In this document: one piece after another, positions 48,501 to 60,003 of the stretch | Numbering within the stretch: position 1 is the stretch's first letter | How the letters are laid out: each line of letters opens with the position of its first letter | NCBI GenBank assembly: GCA_000146045.2 | Contig: BK006943.2 | Coordinates: 128,001-192,000 of the forward strand | Direction: 5' to 3' | DNA length: 64,000 nucleotides | DNA from: TPA_inf: Saccharomyces | Taxonomy: Eukaryota | Translations under genes and position numbers: made by a program | The notes under the pieces: model-generated | Database searches by the model: none | Told to the model about the DNA's origin: nothing | Seen by the model: only the letters and a program-made list of their open reading frames with translations

Positions 48501-49306
48501 AAACTTTCGTCTGCAACTGTGTTAGACGAACTACCTACCGTCGAGTAGGAGTTGTTCTCCTGATATTCTCCATTGTCATCCGTTTCGTCTTCCTTAACGA
48601 AATCATCTAAACTGCCACTGCTACCATTGTGATTCGTATTATTATTGCTGCTGTCCCTACTAATGTCATGAGAATTCTGGTCGCTGTGAACTGAGTCCTG
48701 CTCATCTCTATTAACCATTTCTCCGCTGAACAATTTTTCTTGGAAATCATCTGTTTTAGCTTGTTTCCTAGGATAAGACGTTCTTTGGGTACCTGTTCTA
48801 TTCTTGGTCATGGTTCTTGCTGTTAGTTCCCTTTCTAAGATTGTTTTCGTTCTTCTCATCTTAAAATTTCGTCTAGAAGAGTCTCTAATACCATCGAAGT
48901 AGCGCTCAAACCAGTAAAGCCGTACAAATGCCAAGCAACTATGAACTGCAATTGGTGTTGATATGCAGCATACGATATACAGAACAATTTGTTGGTATAA
49001 GCTTAGATTGTTGATATCCACAGTATTTAAGCCACCTTGTGTAACTGCGCCCGCTGCTAAAAACAATGTATCAATGTATCTGGTATTCTTAATGGGATAT
49101 AGCAGGATTGAAGTTATTAATGTCAGGGATATCGTGTAGAAGTAGTGAACCGCGATAAAACTGGGGAAGATATATTTTTTAACTGGAGCAAAATAGTGAC
49201 CACATAGAGCAATAAAATCACGAAATTTATGGCCGAAAGATTTTTTATATCGTATTTCAAGAGATGCCAATGTGGGCACTCTACTCATCGTTCTTCTAAA
49301 ATGCAT
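45599..49306 (-). CDS. TRK1: high-affinity K+ transporter
   Basis: 1235-aa ORF, MHFRRTMSRVPTLASLEIRYKKSFGHKFRDF.... It has four MPM (TrkH-type) membrane repeats and a very long hydrophilic insertion between repeats 1 and 2. Confidence 0.9.
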   Translation of the reverse strand: MHFRRTMSRVPTLASLEIRYKKSFGHKFRDFIALCGHYFAPVKKYIFPSFIAVHYFYTISLTLITSILLYPIKNTRYIDTLFLAAGAVTQGGLNTVDINNLSLYQQIVLYIVCCISTPIAVHSCLAFVRLYWFERYFDGIRDSSRRNFKMRRTKTILERELTARTMTKNRTGTQRTSYPRKQAKTDDFQEKLFSGEMVNRDEQDSVHSDQNSHDISRDSSNNNTNHNGSSGSLDDFVKEDETDDNGEYQENNSYSTVGSSSNTVADESLNQKPKPSSLRFDEPHSKQRPARVPSEKFAKRRGSRDISPADMYRSIMMLQGKHEATAEDEGPPLVIGSPADGTRYKSNVNKLKKATGINGNKIKIRDKGNESNTDQNSVSSEANSTASVSDESSLHTNFGNKVPSLRTNTHRSNSGPIAITDNAETDKKHGPSIQFDITKPPRKISKRVSTFDDLNPKSSVLYRKKASKKYLMKHFPKARRIRQQIKRRLSTGSIEKNSSNNVSDRKPITDMDDDDDDDDNDGDNNEEYFADNESGDEDERVQQSEPHSDSELKSHQQQQEKHQLQQNLHRMYKTKSFDDNRSRAVPMERSRTIDMAEAKDLNELARTPDFQKMVYQNWKAHHRKKPNFRKRGWNNKIFEHGPYASDSDRNYPDNSNTGNSILHYAESILHHDGSHKNGSEEASSDSNENIYSTNGGSDHNGLNNYPTYNDDEEGYYGLHFDTDYDLDPRHDLSKGSGKTYLSWQPTIGRNSNFLGLTRAQKDELGGVEYRAIKLLCTILVVYYVGWHIVAFVMLVPWIILKKHYSEVVRDDGVSPTWWGFWTAMSAFNDLGLTLTPNSMMSFNKAVYPLIVMIWFIIIGNTGFPILLRCIIWIMFKISPDLSQMRESLGFLLDHPRRCFTLLFPKAATWWLLLTLAGLNITDWILFIILDFGSTVVKSLSKGYRVLVGLFQSVSTRTAGFSVVDLSQLHPSIQVSYMLMMYVSVLPLAISIRRTNVYEEQSLGLYGDMGGEPEDTDTEDDGNDEDDDEENESHEGQSSQRSSSNNNNNNNRKKKKKKKTENPNEISTKSFIGAHLRKQLSFDLWFLFLGLFIICICEGDKIKDVQEPNFNIFAILFEIVSAYGTVGLSLGYPDTNQSFSRQFTTLSKLVIIAMLIRGKNRGLPYSLDRAIILPSDRLEHIDHLEGMKLKRQARTNTEDPMTEHFKRSFTDVKHRWGALKRKTTHSRNPKRSSTTL

Positions 49307-49910
49307 TGTTAGTTATCAAAAAAAGGTAATAACTTTAAGTAAAATGGATAGGAATGACTTCCTTGAGAGCCAATAGAATACCCTCCTTCTTTTTAAGGCA
49401 ATACAAGTGTGGAATCAGTGATGCTAATGGTAAGGTAAAAACAATGGGCGAAAGGAAAGCAACAGTAACAAAAAGTTTCTAATAATGTAAGAGCTCTTTA
49501 TCTTGATAGGTAATTATTTACTGTTTTCCGTGAAAGTAGCAAAATTTAGAAGTTAGGGTAAGATACAGGTATAGTTCCTGGTCCAGACTCCACATCTACT
49601 CTCAATAACGTGGATTTGAACTTTCAAAACACCTTTTATTTTCTCGATGATTTTGGACTTTTTTTTCTTTCCTAGCCTTGAGCCGTAAAGAGCGGAAAAA
49701 CCATCAGACAATTCCAGAGCATTTTTTCTTTCTTGCGTTGTCAGCCCCGAACGTAAATAATTTCGAGGAGTCGATGGCCGTAGCAATAATCGAATAACAC
49801 AATATATTGACGTCCACATCGCTTCACTTGCCGGTGCTTGAAATAACATCCCCTCAATACTCTGTCATAATTCGTGCCCTTTTTTAGGTTCGACAAAAGG
49901 AAGTCAGACG

Positions 49911-49943
49911 ATATATATATATGAATATATATATATATATATG
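49911..49943. repeat. (TA)n dinucleotide microsatellite in the TRK1 5' region
   Basis: gatatatatatatgaatatatatatatatatatg, two TA runs separated by GA. Confidence 0.85.
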
Positions 49944-50096
49944 TCTATAACGAGTATAATGCAAGTTTATTACAATAAACATATGTATATGTAAGGTTTT
50001 TTTGTATTCGCCGCATCATTTCCACAGTAGCTTTTCGTCTGCTTTTTTTTTGTTGTTATATTCACGTGCCTGTTTGCTTTTATTTGGATATTAACG

Positions 50097-52103
50097 CTAT
50101 AAACCACCCATATGTAATGCCGGTACATTTTTAGATAAACCATTCTCACCACGTTCCCGTAAGATTTTGTTGCGCCTTTCTAATCGTTCAGTGATATACT
50201 CACTCATGTGGACATCCTGGTTTCTGTATTTTACTAACCAAGGATGCTCTGTTAAAGCTGCGTATGTAGGTCTTCTTTCCGGAATCTTTTGTAGACATAA
50301 AGAAACAAAATCTTGTGCGTCAGAACTGAATTTATCTGAAGGTAATCTCGGTGGCGGCCCATCAACAATAGCGCTCAATTGAGAGAAAATGTTGTCGTAT
50401 GTTTCTGGTGGATACGGATATCTACCTAGTGCCATTTCCAGAATGCTTAAACCTAAAGACCAGATGTCTGACTGTACGGTATAGGTGGCTCTATCTGGAT
50501 TCAACGATTTGATTCGTTCAGGTGCCATGTATGACTGACAACCAATATTAGTCTTCGCTAAAGATGCCACCAAATTACCAGAAACACCGAAATCGCACAG
50601 CTTTACGGTGCCTTGGTTGGCTGAACATAAAATATTTGTTGGTTTGACATCTCTGTGTATGATATTATGCTGCTCTTTGAGTTCTTTTAGTCCATGAATG
50701 ACAGCATTGGCAATAAACGCTAGCTGAGGTTCATCAATGCCGCCGATTTCAGATGATTCGTCGTATATTTTATCCAAGGAACCACCATCCATGTATTCCA
50801 TACACATGTAGACGGCGCCCTCAATAAAGAATGCACCATAAAAATCCACAATATAGGGAGAATTGCATTTATGCAAAACTTCTAGTTCCATTAAAATTTG
50901 TCTAAATTTAGCCTCATCTAGCTCCAAACGGACTTCCTTCGTCGCCATAATAACATTTGTGGGCTTATGCAGTACCTTTGAGACGTTACCATAGTTACCA
51001 TGACCCAGTTCATCCAAAAATTCTAGTTCGTCCAATGTAATTCTCGAACTAGAACCATTGCTGAAATCTATTCCTTTAGAGGATAGCGATAGTTTGCCTG
51101 CAAAATTCAAAGAGCCGGATTTGATATCCACGTATTTCGAGAAATTTGCGAAAAGACCACCACCACCACTACTACCAGAATTTGAAGAGTTGTTGCTGTT
51201 TCCAGTTCTGGGTGTAGTGCCTACAGTGTCATGTGGGCCTTCGGTACTTGATGAGGTGGATGTGCTTTGCACACCATTTATCAAAGAACCCGGATTCGAT
51301 CTTTTCCCTTCAACAACTTTGCTGTTTGATAAGGTTTCTATATGTTTTTTGTTTGAAGGGCTTGGGGCAAACTGCTGCGGCTGTTGAGCTGTTTTAGTGG
51401 GCATTTTTAATGACATTCCTCCTGGTGGTAATTTGAGCCCTCGACGGGCACTTAAACTTTGTTTTGGTGTGTTGATTATAGCAGGGGCCTTATGCGGGGC
51501 AACATTTGGTCTTGTAGGGTGCTGGGTAGAAAGCGGCCTTCTTGGTGCCCTTCTGTTAGGATTCAGCAATTGCGCCTTATGTGTTGCTGATGCAGTATTA
51601 GAAACTGACGGCGTAATGTCAGTAGCAGGTAGGCCAGTATTTACACCAATTGTTGTGGCGGTAATTTTGGTTGTATCGATGTTAATATTTACGTCGGTAA
51701 TGTTTTGTGTTTCTTGATTGTCCAGAACGTTCTTAAGAGTGCTCTTGGAGGACGCTTGCACGACTTGGCTACTCATTCTTTGTGAAACCTTAGAACTTCC
51801 TGCTACGGGAAGAGGCGGCAATGGCTTATTAACAATCTGCTGAATATGTTTAGGTGATTGTGAACTGCCTTTGTCTTGCTCGCTTTGATTACTGCCCACG
51901 CTGGCAGACCTTTTCAATGCACGTTGTTCTTGAAAAGCTTTTACACGAGCATGAAGGTCAGCGTTGATGTTATTGTAGTGCGAGGACGTCGAAGATGTTC
52001 TCTTGACAGCAGAGCCATTATCTGAGCCTGTTTGCTCGTTTAATTGGATAGATGACTTACCAGTTTTCTCATGGAGACTGAGGTTAGCAAACTTGTCTTC
52101 CAT
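50097..52103 (-). CDS. PBS2: MAP kinase kinase of the HOG pathway
   Basis: 668-aa ORF, MEDKFANLSLHEKTGKSS..., with a C-terminal MAPKK kinase domain (HRDVKPTNIL, DFGVSG, S/T activation loop). The N-terminus has the proline-rich KPLPPLP motif that binds Sho1. Confidence 0.9.
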   Translation of the reverse strand: MEDKFANLSLHEKTGKSSIQLNEQTGSDNGSAVKRTSSTSSHYNNINADLHARVKAFQEQRALKRSASVGSNQSEQDKGSSQSPKHIQQIVNKPLPPLPVAGSSKVSQRMSSQVVQASSKSTLKNVLDNQETQNITDVNINIDTTKITATTIGVNTGLPATDITPSVSNTASATHKAQLLNPNRRAPRRPLSTQHPTRPNVAPHKAPAIINTPKQSLSARRGLKLPPGGMSLKMPTKTAQQPQQFAPSPSNKKHIETLSNSKVVEGKRSNPGSLINGVQSTSTSSSTEGPHDTVGTTPRTGNSNNSSNSGSSGGGGLFANFSKYVDIKSGSLNFAGKLSLSSKGIDFSNGSSSRITLDELEFLDELGHGNYGNVSKVLHKPTNVIMATKEVRLELDEAKFRQILMELEVLHKCNSPYIVDFYGAFFIEGAVYMCMEYMDGGSLDKIYDESSEIGGIDEPQLAFIANAVIHGLKELKEQHNIIHRDVKPTNILCSANQGTVKLCDFGVSGNLVASLAKTNIGCQSYMAPERIKSLNPDRATYTVQSDIWSLGLSILEMALGRYPYPPETYDNIFSQLSAIVDGPPPRLPSDKFSSDAQDFVSLCLQKIPERRPTYAALTEHPWLVKYRNQDVHMSEYITERLERRNKILRERGENGLSKNVPALHMGGL

Positions 52104-54297
52104 CTTTGAGAAATTAACGTCTCGATCTGCTTAATATAATAATGTATCTATAGAAATGTACGGAAAAACGGGTACTTTATCAGTTTTAGTTGTATGACGT
52201 TGATGTCTGGAGAAGGACAAGGAAAAAGTAGTTCTGTGAAACGTGTACCCACAATAGCAGCTACCCTTGTCTTCTTTTTTAGTAATTCTTTTCTTCCGGC
52301 AAGCAGGTAAGCAGTTATCTCTGTGTCCAGATCCCTTTGAAGTAAAGTTTATTCAATTTTCTATAGAACGTGTATGGCTCACGAAATCGCTCACTAGTAG
52401 ACAACACACGTTAGAAAGATCCTTTCAGGTGCAACGGGACGCAGAGGGAAAAAACTGGAAAAATTGCCACTAATGAAAAGGCAAATAGAGGATGAAAAAG
52501 AAAAGGTAAATGCAGATGAAAGGACGAAGACAGATGCGATAAGAACAGCGTTTGAGATCGGATGCAAAGGATATAGTTTTGCTCTGGCACTGTGTTAGTG
52601 TGCTTGTGGGTGCTTTTTCTTCTATTTGCAAGAAAATGTGACCTTTGCGGATAACCTATATAAGACGGGGTTTCCTTGCTTTGAAAAGTTTAAAACAGAT
52701 ATTCTTGCAGATACAGGAGTACATACTTGTGCGATCATCACCAAGATAACAAGAGATTAATCAAATATAGAAACAGATATATAAAATAGATACAGAGTGC
52801 TACGCAATAAGATTTTTTTTTCCTGTTGCAATACTATACTACGTCTTGACATGAACTCTCAACAGTGATATTTCTGGGGAGTTGTATCGATGTGTAGTAA
52901 CTGGTAGTAGTCTAGTAATGAGTTGTTCTCATGTTAGTGAATATTCTGTATGCTTCCGTGCCTGCTGCTATGCTCAAGGGGAACAGAAAAGCAACACGCT
53001 CAAAATAGTAATCTACATGAGAAACAAGACTTAGTCATTGCCTTTTGCCAGAATTGGCTTCGGCCGTAGCTGTTGAAGTTAATCCCGCAGTAAAAGACAA
53101 ACGGCTCCGTATTCAGCAGTTCTATATATCACCTCATTAAGACACAGACGATCTTGACAGTTGCAGCAGAAACACGCCACCATATGTTCTTGTAGCTACA
53201 CCACGATTGAGTGTCTGCACTCTTATTCAAGTGTTTCAACTAAAAATAAGTCTAAGCTGAAAGATTATTACTTTCATTTGATTTTTTTATTTTTGAAGCC
53301 CCATTTCCTTAAATCGTTCTCGTGGACGAGATTAAAAATAGAAATGATGTAGAGGAGATGCACTAAACATTGCCTCCCTGCACCGCACAATTACTGTAGC
53401 CATTGTGCTTATTTATATCTACCTATATATCTAAGCAGCTATATCATGGGCTTGACATACGCGACTTCTGCTTGCTTTTGTGCTCTCGTTCAAAGAGCAA
53501 TTACTTCATTCCATCTCAAGAAGGACTGTTGCAGGTCATTATTTCATTTCTTACTGCACGTATTTCGATTGAGCTGCTAATGAAATCACAACACAACTAC
53601 CCAAATAGCCTAAGAATTGGAAAAAGGCCCTTCTTGATAATTGGATCTGTTGAGTTGGCGTATGCAAAGCTGTAAATATTGAACGGATCTGGTTGAAAAA
53701 GAAAATCATGCTTTCTTTATTGTCGCGTAAACTGTACACTGCTGCAATTATCTAGCTGGCTGCTAGTAGCAATGTGCTCTTCGTTACGCTACCGTAGCTT
53801 TTCTCCGTGAGTGACTGATTTTGCTGCTGTACATTTAACTCCTTTTCTATTTAAATTGTGCGCTGCCATTTTCCGCATCGGAAAACCTAAGACAAATTTT
53901 GATGAGTATACTTGGTACGTGCCCACGCAGCCAATAGTGTCTCGTTCACGGCATCAGATACAGCAGTACTTAAAAGGGCACTGAGGATCAGGTTTCCTAA
54001 TCTGGAAAATTTTGCAGCACAAAGCTTAGTTATTTATCTCCGATTATGGATTTCTGCAGTACCTAGGTTTCAACGTAAAACTGTAACAGAACCTTTCGTC
54101 ATGCAAGCATAATTGAGTTGAGTGCCTTGTTTCCAATTTCAGTTTCCAATTTTACTTCAAAAATCACTTCTGAAATAAGATTTAAGACTTGTCAACCCTG
54201 TTCCAAAAGTGGACGCATCATTAAATGTACCTTTTTTCTGTACAAACTTTATAGTTTCTAGGGTTGGTGATGTGACCGTCTCTGGCAGAGTCGCAAT

Positions 54298-56220
54298 TTA
54301 ATAATAAATATTAGAATTGTGCTCTGTAAATGTATTAGATTCGTTGTTAACAATCTTAGTGACTGAATTCTCATTACCTTCACTGTTGTTCAAATCGATT
54401 TGTTGGCCAGTCACATCTTCACCTCGATGATTTATCTTCTGTTGTTGTTCCTTTTGGACCATTTCTAGAGCGGCCATGACGTTATCTTCGAGGCTCAACA
54501 TAGCATCGTTCATTATAGTATGGTCATTTCTATCTAAATCGGGAACTGAATGGTTCATATCTCGTTCATCACGGTTGACGGGGTTCGCGTGATCCTGCGA
54601 TTCGTTATTCGTTAAATGGGGTACAATTCCGTTGGAGGCAACATCCAAGTATTTTCGTCTTTTTCTTGAGTTTTCTTCCTCCACGAATCTATTGAAGGAA
54701 TTCATTGACTGTTCGTCGTCCAATAGTGGCGTGCTCTGTATTGAGGAAAGAAACTCGGATCTTTTATTCGCTTCGTTGGCTTCAGCTGTTGTTGCGGGAC
54801 TATTCGTGGCGTTCTGGAATGTGGGTTGTACGATATTAGTGTCTGGCGGAGTGGGTTCACCCTCCACATCATTCAGCGTACTGGAAATAATATTTTGAGG
54901 GAAATTTATTGCCTGTCCCAATAACGCATTATCATGCTTCTTGCTTTTTCTTGGATTGTTGATAGTTTCTATATGCTGCGTCGGTAGCATATGCGCCTGC
55001 TTAACTGCTCTCTTTTGTTCAATTATTACCCCTGTCCCGTCTTTGTACCTCATCTTGCATTTTTGGCACCGAGAGATTACCTCCGAAACAGTACTCTTGA
55101 TTCCTCTCCAATGGTATTTTTCACCAATTTTGGAGGTCACCTTGTTGATGCCTAAATGTTCCATTAAATGTATCTCTAATGCAATCTGGATTTGTTGATC
55201 CGTGTCATAAATGATTTCTTTTCCTTTTGTCATCAACTTGCCATTCAATACCGAATGAGTTTTGGAAAGTACTCTTAATCTAGCCTTTTCGTTTCTATCA
55301 CAATGTAAAGGATACTTGCCTGTTTCCAGAAAATGCTTTAATCGTTCATATTTCCCAATTTCGATACTCTTTTGAGGATCTCGTAACAAATCTATACTTT
55401 TCGTAATATGTGTGAACTCTTTACCATACATGAAAGAATCTACTGGGACATCAAAGCCCTTGAGAATCCCGGCTTCAGGCAGCTTTCCAATCCGCCTAAA
55501 GTTCAATCCTTCCAAAATTCTTCTGATTCCTACGTTCGTTCCGTAAATTAACGGGAAAAAGGAGGACGTAAATCCTAATTTCTTTGACCATTCTATGAAT
55601 GTTTCCATTAGTGTTTTCCCAATACCTTTTCCACGAATACCAGCATTGACCAGAAATGTTCCTGTGACCACATGCGCTGACCGTCCAGGGTATGCTGGTT
55701 TGAGGTCAAATATGCCTAGACATTGCTTCTCCCACTGCATACTTAGATTTAAATTGCGACGTTCTTTTCGTTTCTTATATTGGGTGGTGTGCTTCGTGGT
55801 TTCTATTTCTGTTCCAAAATTATCATTTGTGTCCGCTTCAGTATCCATACTATAATCCAGTTCTGGTATTTCGCCTAACACCATAATACAAACGTGACCA
55901 TCATTATGAAACCAGACATTTTTGAATTCTTCTAGTGATAAAGTCTCGTAATAAGGAAAACTATCTCCCTTTTCCACTTCCATGTTAAATTCATCTAGAA
56001 GGAAATTTAAGAGCCCTAGCGGCAATAAATCAGGATACGCAGGTATAGGATACATCGTAGCTATTGTTTCTCCATCTTTCAATAAAATGGTATACGGTTG
56101 TAAAGGAGTCAAAAGTTGATCTGGGACCGCTGCCTCATTTCTCACTTCTGAACTGCTATTTTGGTGTGCCATCTGCAGATGTTCGTCATCCGGTACTGAA
56201 CTTGTGTGCTGATTTAGCAT
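54298..56220 (-). CDS. SPT10: histone-gene transcriptional regulator with GNAT acetyltransferase and zinc-finger DNA-binding domains
   Basis: 640-aa ORF, MLNQHTSSVPDDEHLQMAHQNSS..., with a GNAT fold (RGKGIGKTL). Confidence 0.9.
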   Translation of the reverse strand: MLNQHTSSVPDDEHLQMAHQNSSSEVRNEAAVPDQLLTPLQPYTILLKDGETIATMYPIPAYPDLLPLGLLNFLLDEFNMEVEKGDSFPYYETLSLEEFKNVWFHNDGHVCIMVLGEIPELDYSMDTEADTNDNFGTEIETTKHTTQYKKRKERRNLNLSMQWEKQCLGIFDLKPAYPGRSAHVVTGTFLVNAGIRGKGIGKTLMETFIEWSKKLGFTSSFFPLIYGTNVGIRRILEGLNFRRIGKLPEAGILKGFDVPVDSFMYGKEFTHITKSIDLLRDPQKSIEIGKYERLKHFLETGKYPLHCDRNEKARLRVLSKTHSVLNGKLMTKGKEIIYDTDQQIQIALEIHLMEHLGINKVTSKIGEKYHWRGIKSTVSEVISRCQKCKMRYKDGTGVIIEQKRAVKQAHMLPTQHIETINNPRKSKKHDNALLGQAINFPQNIISSTLNDVEGEPTPPDTNIVQPTFQNATNSPATTAEANEANKRSEFLSSIQSTPLLDDEQSMNSFNRFVEEENSRKRRKYLDVASNGIVPHLTNNESQDHANPVNRDERDMNHSVPDLDRNDHTIMNDAMLSLEDNVMAALEMVQKEQQQKINHRGEDVTGQQIDLNNSEGNENSVTKIVNNESNTFTEHNSNIYY

Positions 56221-56500
56221 TGAAGCTAATTATTACGATTTTTGTTGATAATCACTTTGGCGGAAGTCTAGAGTTGTTCTTGATCGGTACACTTTTTACT
56301 CATCCCCCGAGCAGTGAACTAACGCCAATGTAATGAATTTTGCTCTTTTATATTTTTCATTTTTTTATTATTTTAGCTCACGATCCGCATCTCGAATTTT
56401 CAGAGCTTACTAGATTCTAGGCCATTAGAAGTAAATGAATAGAGGTGAAATAAAATTCATACCCATCATGAAGTCTCCTTCATAAAATATAACACCGCAA

Positions 56501-57424
56501 ATGACTAGTAAATTAAAACGGGTTGCTGTCGCACAATTATGTTCATCCGCTGACCTGACCAAAAACTTAAAAGTGGTAAAAGAATTGATATCTGAAGCCA
56601 TTCAAAAAAAGGCGGATGTCGTTTTTCTCCCTGAGGCAAGTGACTATCTTTCTCAAAACCCTCTTCATTCCAGGTATTTGGCACAGAAAAGCCCCAAATT
56701 TATTCGGCAATTACAGTCAAGCATTACCGACCTTGTCAGAGATAATTCACGGAATATAGATGTTTCCATTGGGGTACACTTGCCGCCCTCAGAACAAGAT
56801 TTACTTGAAGGCAATGATCGAGTCAGAAACGTTCTATTATATATCGATCATGAAGGGAAAATATTGCAAGAATACCAAAAACTGCATTTGTTTGACGTAG
56901 ACGTGCCAAATGGACCGATATTGAAAGAATCAAAATCTGTCCAGCCTGGCAAAGCCATTCCTGACATTATAGAGTCTCCATTGGGAAAATTGGGCAGTGC
57001 CATTTGTTATGATATTCGCTTTCCCGAATTTTCTTTGAAATTACGATCAATGGGGGCTGAAATCTTATGTTTTCCCAGTGCGTTCACTATTAAAACAGGG
57101 GAAGCACATTGGGAGTTACTAGGCAGAGCAAGAGCGGTTGACACTCAATGCTATGTGCTCATGCCAGGGCAGGTTGGAATGCACGATCTCAGTGATCCAG
57201 AGTGGGAGAAACAATCACATATGAGCGCTCTCGAAAAAAGCTCCAGGAGAGAATCTTGGGGACACTCAATGGTCATTGATCCTTGGGGTAAAATAATAGC
57301 GCATGCCGATCCCTCTACTGTTGGACCACAACTAATTCTCGCTGATTTGGATCGTGAGCTTTTGCAAGAAATAAGGAACAAAATGCCCTTATGGAACCAG
57401 AGAAGAGACGATTTATTTCATTGA
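56501..57424 (+). CDS. NIT2: nitrilase-superfamily (Nit) amidase
   Basis: 307-aa ORF containing the E-K-C catalytic triad context of carbon-nitrogen hydrolases (GSAICYDIRFPE). Confidence 0.85.
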   Translation: MTSKLKRVAVAQLCSSADLTKNLKVVKELISEAIQKKADVVFLPEASDYLSQNPLHSRYLAQKSPKFIRQLQSSITDLVRDNSRNIDVSIGVHLPPSEQDLLEGNDRVRNVLLYIDHEGKILQEYQKLHLFDVDVPNGPILKESKSVQPGKAIPDIIESPLGKLGSAICYDIRFPEFSLKLRSMGAEILCFPSAFTIKTGEAHWELLGRARAVDTQCYVLMPGQVGMHDLSDPEWEKQSHMSALEKSSRRESWGHSMVIDPWGKIIAHADPSTVGPQLILADLDRELLQEIRNKMPLWNQRRDDLFH

Positions 57425-57527
57425 GGCAAATAAAATATGAAAAAAGCCTTTATTCGTACAGATTTGCTTTACATATTAAAAATTTCAAAAACATATAATT
57501 TAAGTATATAAGTAGTTAATCATTTAA

Positions 57528-58697
<1,170 letters not shown>

Positions 58698-59125
58698 TTA
58701 GCTACCTGATAGTCCCACCCCGATCTTATTCACATATATTTTCTATATACTTTAAACAGTTTTAAAAGTGATGAGCATGGAAAAAAATTCGTTGCTAACG
58801 GCATGGCATAAACAAAAAGCGAAAAAATTTTATAGATAATAATAAAGAAAAAGTATCAATAGCATGAGTGTTAATGTTATAACGAAGTGTAAGAGGAAAA
58901 AGAATGCTGCGCAAATACGTTACTTCATAAAAAAACTCAAGTACTGTATATATTTTACATTTAAATATATTAATTTATATACAAATACGGCCTCCTCTCT
59001 TGCATTTTTTTTATTGTTCCATCTCCAAAGGCAGTTGATTAAGTGTACGGATAGGTAAAACTGAATGTGGAAATTTTTGAGAGTTTACTCCAGGATATAT
59101 GTTGGTAGTATTGTGTTTTTCTTTC

Positions 59126-59644
59126 TTAGTACATGTCAGATTTATGGAAATCGTAAACGATACCATGGCGGGCCATTTTTTTACCTTTGTGGGTTTCCTC
59201 TTTAAACCTTTTCTCATCATTTTTTTGCTTGGTCAGCCAAGCCTCCTTAAATGGTATGCGTTCCATGGCCTCAAGGGGTTGATCTTCTTTATCGATGTCT
59301 ACTTCGCCTAACATGACAACATTTTCACCACGAATCATGAATATGCCGCGGTCTTCTTCAGCGTATTTGTTTTCTTCGCTAAAATATATTCTCTCCACGC
59401 AATCTTGAAGTATCAAATTTGCATATTGGTCAAAGGTTCTTAGTACACCGAATAGCATTCTTCCATCACGCAAAAGAACGAAGATTTTACGGTCTACTGA
59501 GCTTACAATAGCAGCGGTGGTAGTGAAGTTATACTGGTCGAGATATAAATCGGCCTCACCTTCTGAAATCTTCTTTGGGAAATTCTGCTGTTGTCGCTTC
59601 GCATCCTGATTGGACTGATTTCTGTCCTTGCTATTTGCAGACAT
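59126..59644 (-). CDS. LSM1: Sm-like protein of the cytoplasmic Lsm1-7 mRNA decay complex
   Basis: 172-aa ORF with an Sm fold (VLLRDGRMLFGVLRTFDQYANLILQDCVERI). Confidence 0.9.
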   Translation of the reverse strand: MSANSKDRNQSNQDAKRQQQNFPKKISEGEADLYLDQYNFTTTAAIVSSVDRKIFVLLRDGRMLFGVLRTFDQYANLILQDCVERIYFSEENKYAEEDRGIFMIRGENVVMLGEVDIDKEDQPLEAMERIPFKEAWLTKQKNDEKRFKEETHKGKKMARHGIVYDFHKSDMY

Positions 59645-60003
59645 TTTTGGTGAATTAATTCGATTCGAGGGCTGCTTTCTTTTATAGGTTTTGAAAGCGG
59701 AGCAAATGTTGGTATAACTCTACTGCAGCGTTGGCAATCCTGTTGAAAAGGAAAAGAAAATATAACTAAACTGTGTTACTTGTATCTTCACTAATATTTA
59801 ATCAGCCCTTGGTCATACAGGCTTCCCCTAGATTGAAATACAGGTGCTGAACACCGTTGTATATTCACGACTTCCTCTATTTTTTTCATATTTTCCATTA
59901 TTCAACGAACGCGGGTAACAAGTCGGCCGAATTTGAACCCACTCCTCTGCGCTTGTAACTTTATACATCATCGTTACGCTATAAATGTTATGTATTAAGT
60001 GTA

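Noticed and set aside
53890-54000. Possible box C/D snoRNA-like arrangement (TGATGA at about 53898, CTGA about 100 nt downstream) in the PBS2-SPT10 spacer.
   Set aside because: There are no complementary terminal stems, no recognisable D' and C' boxes and no rRNA-complementary guide adjacent to a D box. Isolated TGATGA and CTGA occur by chance. The yeast C/D snoRNA set is considered complete.
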